Shown: positions 58,154 to 64,000 of the stretch, in pieces
Layout: each line of letters opens with the position of its first letter
Numbering within the stretch: the stretch's first letter is position 1
Source of the DNA: an uncultured bacterium
Lineage (GTDB): Bacteria; Fidelibacterota; Marinisomatia; Marinisomatales; UBA1611
Assembly (NCBI GenBank): GCA_943788175.1
Contig: CALSPG010000003.1
Location: forward strand, 1-64,000
Length of the DNA stretch: 64,000 nucleotides
Reading direction: 5' to 3'
Made by a program: the position numbers and the translations under genes
The notes under the pieces: model-generated
Told to the model about the DNA's origin: nothing
Databases searched by the model: none
The model's input: only the letters and a program-made list of their open reading frames with translations

Positions 58154-59512
58154 ATGACAAATAAAAAAAATGAAATATTAAATGTTCAGCCTCATTCTGA
58201 CGAAGCTGAACAGGCAGTATTAGGTTCAATGCTTTCTGATAAAGAGGCAGTAAACAAAGCGTTTGAAAAAAAACTTGATGCGGTTCATTTTTACAAAAAA
58301 AACCATTCGCTAATTTTTGCGGCAATGTCAATTCTTGACAAAAAAAACGAGCCAATTGATACGGTTTCTGTAGTTGATGTTTTAACAAAGAACAATGACT
58401 TAGAAACAGTCGGAGGTGCTTTTTATATCAGCGGTCTGGTTGATTTAGTCCCCACAACTGCACATGTTGCTCGCTACATAAAAATTGTTATGGAAAAAGC
58501 TATTTTAAGAAACTTGATTTACTTGTCAAATGATATTTCTAAAGAAGCTTTTGATGATAGTAAGGACGTTGATGATATTTTGGAGTCAGTACAGAAATCA
58601 ATTTTTAACATTACTCAAGATAGACTACAAAAAGGGTTTGAGAAAATTGACCCAGTTTTACATAAAACTTTTGAAGATATTGATAGGATAGCTTCACATA
58701 AAGGTTCAGTAATTGGTGTTCCGACTGGTTTTAGTGATTTAGATGCTAAGACTACGGGCTTCCAAGCGGGTGATTTAGTCATAATCGCTGGTAGACCTGG
58801 TATGGGAAAAACATCATTTGCCTTAAACATGATGCGTAATGCTGCAATTGATGCAAATAAGAAGATTGGTTTCTTTAGCTTGGAAATGGCAAATAATCAA
58901 TTAGCTATGCGACTTTTATGTGCAGAGGCGCGTGTAGATAGTAACCTTGTAAGGTCCGGAACATTGCCTAAATCACAATATCGAAATTTAAGTCTGGCTG
59001 TTGGTCCTTTATCAAAAGCGGAAATTCATTTAGATGATACTCCCGCTTTAAGTATTCTAGAATTAAGAGCGAAGGCTAGAAGGATAAAAAATGATATAGA
59101 TATTGATATGATAATTGTTGACTATTTGCAGCTTATGCAAGGTCCTAAAGGCGTAGAAAGTAGACAACAAGAGATCGCAACAATCTCTAGATCTATGAAA
59201 GCATTAGCAAAAGAATTAGACATACCAATAGTTGCTCTATCTCAATTATCTAGAGCAGTTGAACAAAGAACAGGCTCTAAAAGACCGCAGTTGTCAGATT
59301 TAAGGGAAAGCGGTGCGATAGAACAGGATGCAGACGTTGTGCTCTTTCTTTTTAGACCATGGGTTTATTCTAGAGATGATGAAGATGAAGGAAAAGCAGA
59401 AATAATTATTGCTAAGCAACGTAATGGCCCTACGGGAATCATTGAGGCTACATATATAAATAGATACACAAGGTTTGAAAATTTAGCCCATAATCCTGAT
59501 GCTCCTTTTTAA
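58154..59512 (+). CDS. dnaB: replicative DNA helicase
   Basis: PHSDEAEQAVLG, GRPGMGKT, FSLEM, VDYLQLM, LSQLSR, DLRESGAIEQDAD, KQRNGPTG; no intein. Confidence 0.98.
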   Translation: MTNKKNEILNVQPHSDEAEQAVLGSMLSDKEAVNKAFEKKLDAVHFYKKNHSLIFAAMSILDKKNEPIDTVSVVDVLTKNNDLETVGGAFYISGLVDLVPTTAHVARYIKIVMEKAILRNLIYLSNDISKEAFDDSKDVDDILESVQKSIFNITQDRLQKGFEKIDPVLHKTFEDIDRIASHKGSVIGVPTGFSDLDAKTTGFQAGDLVIIAGRPGMGKTSFALNMMRNAAIDANKKIGFFSLEMANNQLAMRLLCAEARVDSNLVRSGTLPKSQYRNLSLAVGPLSKAEIHLDDTPALSILELRAKARRIKNDIDIDMIIVDYLQLMQGPKGVESRQQEIATISRSMKALAKELDIPIVALSQLSRAVEQRTGSKRPQLSDLRESGAIEQDADVVLFLFRPWVYSRDDEDEGKAEIIIAKQRNGPTGIIEATYINRYTRFENLAHNPDAPF

Positions 59513-61704
59513 TGGAAAACCCATTAGTAAAATTAGCACCTCAATTATTCGGGGATTATCCAAAAGCTTTCATTTCTTTATATAATCAAGTTTTTATATC
59601 GCCTGAGTCAGATAAGGCGTTTCTAAAAGAAAAATTATGGAAAGCTTACGATTACGGTAGCAGATATCATGAGGGCCAGAAAAGACAATCAGGAGAGCCT
59701 TATTTTAATCATTGCATAGAGGTAGCTAGTACTTTAGCATCTTGGAATATGGATTATACAACTATTATGGCAGGCTTGTTACATGATGTTGTTGAGGATA
59801 CAAAATTAACTGTTGATGATATAGAAAAAGAATTTGGTGAAGATCTTGCTAATCTAGTAGATGGTTTAACAAAAATTAGTGGAATAGAGTTTAGTACAAG
59901 AAAAGAAAAACAAGCAGGTAATTTTATGAAAATGTTATTATCTGTAGCAAAAGACATACGTGTTATAATAATTAAGTTTGCTGATAGAATGCATAATATG
60001 AAAACTATAAGCTACCTTCCTAGAATTAAGCAGCACCGGATTGCAACAGAAACACGAGATGTTTATTCTCCTTTAGCACATCGTTTGGGTATGTCTAGTG
60101 TGAAATCACAATTAGATGATCTCACTTTTCAGGTATTAAATAAAGATGAATATGATTCTATATCTTCTAAAATTAAAACAACAAATAAACAAAGAAGAAA
60201 ATTAATAAATAGTTACATTGAACCAATTAATGCTGGTTTGAAGAATTATAATATTACTAGCGAGATTTTTGGAAGATCGAAATCCTTTTCCTCCATTTAT
60301 GGAAAAATGATTAATAGAAAAAAATCTTTTGAAGATATTTATGACTTATATGCTATCAGAATTATCGTAAATAAAATTGAAGAGTGCTACTCTGCTCTAG
60401 GTGTTGTGCATAGTGTTTTTACTCCTGTACAAGAAAGGTTTAAAGATTTTATAGCAACACCAAAAACGAATGGCTATCAATCTATTCATACTACGATAAT
60501 TGGAACCGATGGTAAAATGGTAGAAATTCAAATAAGAACTCGTACGATGAATGAAACAGCTGAAATTGGTATCGCTTCTCATTGGATTTATAAGGAAGGT
60601 AAAACCAGTGTGAACGATTTAGGTTCAGATATTAAATGGCTTAGAGAGTTGATTGATATTTTAAAAAACGAATCTAGTAATCCTAAAGAATTTATGGATT
60701 TATTAAAAATTGATTTATTTGATAGAGAGATTTATGTTTTTACCCCTGCAGGAGATTTAGTTCAATTACCAGCTGGTTCAACGCCTGTTGACTTTGCATT
60801 TGAAGTTCATACACAAGTAGGTATGCATTGCCTGGGTGCTAAAGTAAATCATCAATTAGTTACTCTAAATGTTGAGTTGAGAAGTGGTGATGTAGTAGAG
60901 ATAATTACTGGCAAAAGTCAAACGCCGAGTATCAATTGGAAAAAATTTGTTATTACTAGTAAAGCAAGGAATTCAATAAATAAATATTTAAAAAACACTA
61001 GCCGTTTAGAAAGTATCAAACTGGGTAAAGAAATCGTACTAAAAACGCTCAGAAGATTAAAAATATATGGGCAAAAAAATATTTATTTAAATGCCTACGG
61101 TAGTTTTGGGTTTAGTGACGAAGATTCATACTTTGCCTCTATTGGGCGAGGAAAAACTTCGTTTAGAGAAATTCATAAAAAATTAAGTACTAATCAAACT
61201 GATAAGGACAATTCTTCATATGGTAAACTTGGGGATGCAATTGAAAATATTTTTCGTCCAGCAGATGGAATAATCCTAGATGGGATTAATAACCTTATGA
61301 TTAAATATGGGAAATGTTGTAATCCGATACCTGGTGATGATGTAGTTGGTTTTGTCACTAGAGGAAGGGGTTTAACTGTACATAAAGCTGGGTGCCATAG
61401 TTTACCCCTGGTTACTAATGATGAAGACCGTTTGGTTGATGTTGATTGGAATCTCCCGAAAGATGCATTTTTTAATTCTAGATTAAAAATTATAGGTCTG
61501 GATTATAAAGGTTTGCTTAAAGATTTATCAGAATGTATCGGAAGTCAAAATATTAATATTTCCAGTGTTGATATAAAAGTAAATGGAGCCATTGCAACTG
61601 CCCATTTTATTGTGCAGGTAAAAAATAAGCGGCAATTGGATAGGTTAATTAAGAAAATATATAACGTTAAGCATGTTGACAGTGTGGAGAGAATAGGGAA
61701 ATAA
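59512..61704 (+). CDS. rel: bifunctional (p)ppGpp synthetase/hydrolase (Rel/SpoT)
   Basis: HEGQKRQSGEPY, LLHDVVED (intact HD), ADRMHNM, PKTNGYQSIHT, EIQIRT, TGS, CCNP, ACT domains. Confidence 0.96.
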   Translation: MENPLVKLAPQLFGDYPKAFISLYNQVFISPESDKAFLKEKLWKAYDYGSRYHEGQKRQSGEPYFNHCIEVASTLASWNMDYTTIMAGLLHDVVEDTKLTVDDIEKEFGEDLANLVDGLTKISGIEFSTRKEKQAGNFMKMLLSVAKDIRVIIIKFADRMHNMKTISYLPRIKQHRIATETRDVYSPLAHRLGMSSVKSQLDDLTFQVLNKDEYDSISSKIKTTNKQRRKLINSYIEPINAGLKNYNITSEIFGRSKSFSSIYGKMINRKKSFEDIYDLYAIRIIVNKIEECYSALGVVHSVFTPVQERFKDFIATPKTNGYQSIHTTIIGTDGKMVEIQIRTRTMNETAEIGIASHWIYKEGKTSVNDLGSDIKWLRELIDILKNESSNPKEFMDLLKIDLFDREIYVFTPAGDLVQLPAGSTPVDFAFEVHTQVGMHCLGAKVNHQLVTLNVELRSGDVVEIITGKSQTPSINWKKFVITSKARNSINKYLKNTSRLESIKLGKEIVLKTLRRLKIYGQKNIYLNAYGSFGFSDEDSYFASIGRGKTSFREIHKKLSTNQTDKDNSSYGKLGDAIENIFRPADGIILDGINNLMIKYGKCCNPIPGDDVVGFVTRGRGLTVHKAGCHSLPLVTNDEDRLVDVDWNLPKDAFFNSRLKIIGLDYKGLLKDLSECIGSQNINISSVDIKVNGAIATAHFIVQVKNKRQLDRLIKKIYNVKHVDSVERIGK

Positions 61705-61705
61705 A

Positions 61706-62014
61706 ATGGAGGTAAAAACTTTTACTAAGCGAGATATAGCAATTAAGGTTGGAAAAAATCTTAATATGAGCATACGTAAATCAATTATATATACAGATGA
61801 AGTTTTTAAGGCTGTTCGTGAACTATTGTGTGAAGATAATGATTATATAAGAGTTGAAATAAGAAACTTTGGAGTTTTAGAAAGTAAACCTGCAAAAGCA
61901 AAACCAAAGGCAAGAAATCCAAAGACTAATGAAGAAATATTTGTCCCGGCACACAAGAAAACACATTTTAAGCCTGGTAAAATATTAAAAAATCATTTAA
62001 AAAAACCTATATAA
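61706..62014 (+). CDS. HU/IHF family DNA-binding protein
   Basis: TKRDI, VEIRNFG, ARNPKTNE, FKPGK. Confidence 0.92.
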   Translation: MEVKTFTKRDIAIKVGKNLNMSIRKSIIYTDEVFKAVRELLCEDNDYIRVEIRNFGVLESKPAKAKPKARNPKTNEEIFVPAHKKTHFKPGKILKNHLKKPI

Positions 62015-62018
62015 AAAT

Positions 62019-62429
62019 ATGGGTAGGTGTATTGGGATAGACCTAGGAACTAAAAGAGTGGGTCTTGCTCTTTCAGATTCTTTAAATATTATAGCTTCAC
62101 CATTTAAAACTTTAACATTTATAGATAACGATGATTTAGTATCGAAACTGAGCGATATTATTAATGATAATAATGTTAAAACTATTATTTTAGGATTGCC
62201 TTTGAATATGAGTGGCGTGGATACGGAACAGACAAAAAAAGTAAGAACCTTTAAGGCTTCGCTTGCAAAATTAAATATACCGATACTTTACGAGGACGAA
62301 AGGCTTAGTTCCGTAAGTGCTAAAAAGTCACTTGTGATGCAAAATGTAAAAACAGGACATAATAAAGCGGAAATTGATAGAACTGCAGCGGCAATTATTT
62401 TGCAACAATTTCTAGATAAGAAGGTTTAG
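62019..62429 (+). CDS. ruvX: YqgF/RuvX pre-16S rRNA nuclease
   Basis: GIDLGTKRVGLALSD, GLPLNMSG, DERLSS, IDRTAAAIILQ. Confidence 0.95.
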   Translation: MGRCIGIDLGTKRVGLALSDSLNIIASPFKTLTFIDNDDLVSKLSDIINDNNVKTIILGLPLNMSGVDTEQTKKVRTFKASLAKLNIPILYEDERLSSVSAKKSLVMQNVKTGHNKAEIDRTAAAIILQQFLDKKV

Positions 62430-63932
62430 TTGAATTCATTTTTCAGTTTAAAACCCTGGATTCAGGTGACTTTTGCTGGAATAGCAACAGGATTAGCATT
62501 TTTTCCGTTAAATCTTGGCTTTTTGGCATGGGTATCTTTCATACCCTTGTTTCATCTGTTTATGAGCTCAAGTTTAAAAAAGAATTTGATTTATGGCTAT
62601 ATTTTTGGATTTACATTTAATATCACAGCCTTTTACTGGATTGGGTCCAATTCAGGTGCTGACAAACTTACTGTAATTGGTAGTCTAGTAGCTGCAGCAG
62701 GTTATCTATCTATATTTTATGCATTAGCTGGCATATTATTTTCTCTTCTATCTAAAAAACATAAAACTCGTTTTGGCGGTGTTCTTTTTCCATTCCTCAT
62801 TGTTTTTATTGAATGGATTAGAAGCTTTGGTGCGATGGGTTTTCCTTGGTCAAATATTGCACTCTCTCAATCAAAATATATTTATTTTATTCAATTCATT
62901 GACATCACGGGTACTTATGGTGTTTCATTTATTATAATTAGTTTTAATGTGATACTTTATAATGGAATCAAAAATAAAATAGATTTAAAGTATGCACTAT
63001 CATTTATTTTATTTGTCTTTATAAGCTTATCATTAACAGGATGGAGCAAAATAAAATCACTTTCAAGTTTTGATAAAATAATCAAAACAGCAATTGTTCA
63101 ACCTAATATAGATCCAAATACTAAATGGGCGAATAAAAACAAAATTATTGCTATTATGGACTCACTACATTTTGAATCAAATAAATTTAAACCTGACTTA
63201 GTTATATTTCCTGAAACTGCTTTACCATCTTACCTTGTAAAGGATAATTATACTAGGCAAAACCTACAAGAGACCGTTGATAGCTCTAATATTCCGCTTT
63301 TGACGGGGACTATTCACGCTTCTAACTATAACGGTTCAAGATACTACTTTAATAGCGCTATGTTTTTAAAGCCACATTCTGATTATGAGCTCTATTCAAA
63401 AATACATTTAGTCCCTTTTGCTGAATATGATCTATTGCCTGCAATTTTTCATCCGTTGACAAAATTAAATATAAATATTGACAGAGGCCGTTTTAAGTCA
63501 GGCGAAGAGTTTATTGTTTTTAATTGGAAAAATTTTTTGTTTTCTGATTTAATTTGTTACGAGTCTTCCATTCCTCGAATTGCAAGAAAATTTGTTTCTA
63601 TGGGCGCGCAGTTTTTAGTAATTCAAGCAAATGATGGTTGGTTAGGGAATTCTTATGGTCCCTATCAACATTTTGAGCTTGCTCGTTTGAGAGCAATTGA
63701 GAATCGTGTTCCAGTCGTTAGATGTGCAAATACTGGAATATCAGGTATAATTAAACCTGATGGTACTGTACAAAATATAATTGATCTAAATCAAAAAGGT
63801 ATCATATCTGAAAGCGTAAATATTGGCTTTAAAAGTAGTTTTTACACAAAGTATGGTGATATGTTTGCGTTTAGTTGTTTTATTATAACATTAGTTTTTA
63901 TTTTCTATTCATGTATAAAACAATTTTTTTAA
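62430..63932 (+). CDS. lnt: apolipoprotein N-acyltransferase
   Basis: GFPW, VQPNI, IFPETA, YSKIHLVPFAE, LICYE, NDGW, RAIENR, ANTGIS. Confidence 0.96.
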   Translation: MNSFFSLKPWIQVTFAGIATGLAFFPLNLGFLAWVSFIPLFHLFMSSSLKKNLIYGYIFGFTFNITAFYWIGSNSGADKLTVIGSLVAAAGYLSIFYALAGILFSLLSKKHKTRFGGVLFPFLIVFIEWIRSFGAMGFPWSNIALSQSKYIYFIQFIDITGTYGVSFIIISFNVILYNGIKNKIDLKYALSFILFVFISLSLTGWSKIKSLSSFDKIIKTAIVQPNIDPNTKWANKNKIIAIMDSLHFESNKFKPDLVIFPETALPSYLVKDNYTRQNLQETVDSSNIPLLTGTIHASNYNGSRYYFNSAMFLKPHSDYELYSKIHLVPFAEYDLLPAIFHPLTKLNINIDRGRFKSGEEFIVFNWKNFLFSDLICYESSIPRIARKFVSMGAQFLVIQANDGWLGNSYGPYQHFELARLRAIENRVPVVRCANTGISGIIKPDGTVQNIIDLNQKGIISESVNIGFKSSFYTKYGDMFAFSCFIITLVFIFYSCIKQFF

Positions 63933-64000
63933 CATTATTTTATTTAAATCTTGGTTTTGGTGCTTCGCCTATTAATTCCATGGCTAAATCATTTTTAATT
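63911..64000 (+). CDS. 5' end of a probable exported/membrane protein, truncated by the window edge
   Basis: ATG 63911 reads MYKTIFLTLFYLNLGFGASPINSMAKSFLI, open to the end; signal-like; overlaps the lnt stop. Confidence 0.45.
   Translation, partial: MYKTIFLTLFYLNLGFGASPINSMAKSFLI

Overview
AT-rich, densely packed bacterial chromosome segment. The FCB-type RNA polymerase omega subunit, a FlgD/T9SS-A-like C-terminal domain, a PorV-like barrel and the yicC-gmk-rpoZ-udg-dnaB gene order suggest an FCB-related marine lineage such as Marinimicrobia (inference only). Layout: (1) 1-7948: a large exported protein, a DUF5723-like barrel, lptG, an AGCS symporter and an orphan homocitrate-synthase-like gene. 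(2) 8187-28374: a ~20-kb operon with two paralogous small barrels carrying poly-acidic N-termini (one has 9 x DDEEEYE), a ~5,960-aa Calx-beta/Ig/cadherin-like surface protein and a TPR lipoprotein, preceded by a foldable 5' leader. (3) tadA, an M16 peptidase, two tandem Lrp/AsnC regulators and glutamine synthetase II. (4) A complete minus-strand shikimate + Phe/Tyr operon with a Phe/Tyr-rich leader-peptide attenuator (MNRAFLIFSYYFKYFFRSQEVY) missed by the ORF track. (5) A TPP riboswitch with a TonB-dependent receptor. (6) A housekeeping run ffh-rpsP-khpA-rimM-trmD-rplS-selA-selB-mutS-porV-like-yicC-gmk-rpoZ-udg-dnaB-rel-HU/IHF-ruvX-lnt. Several genes are split by what appear to be single-base insertions, most likely long-read consensus errors rather than pseudogenes. 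I saw no tRNA, rRNA, CRISPR array or mobile element.
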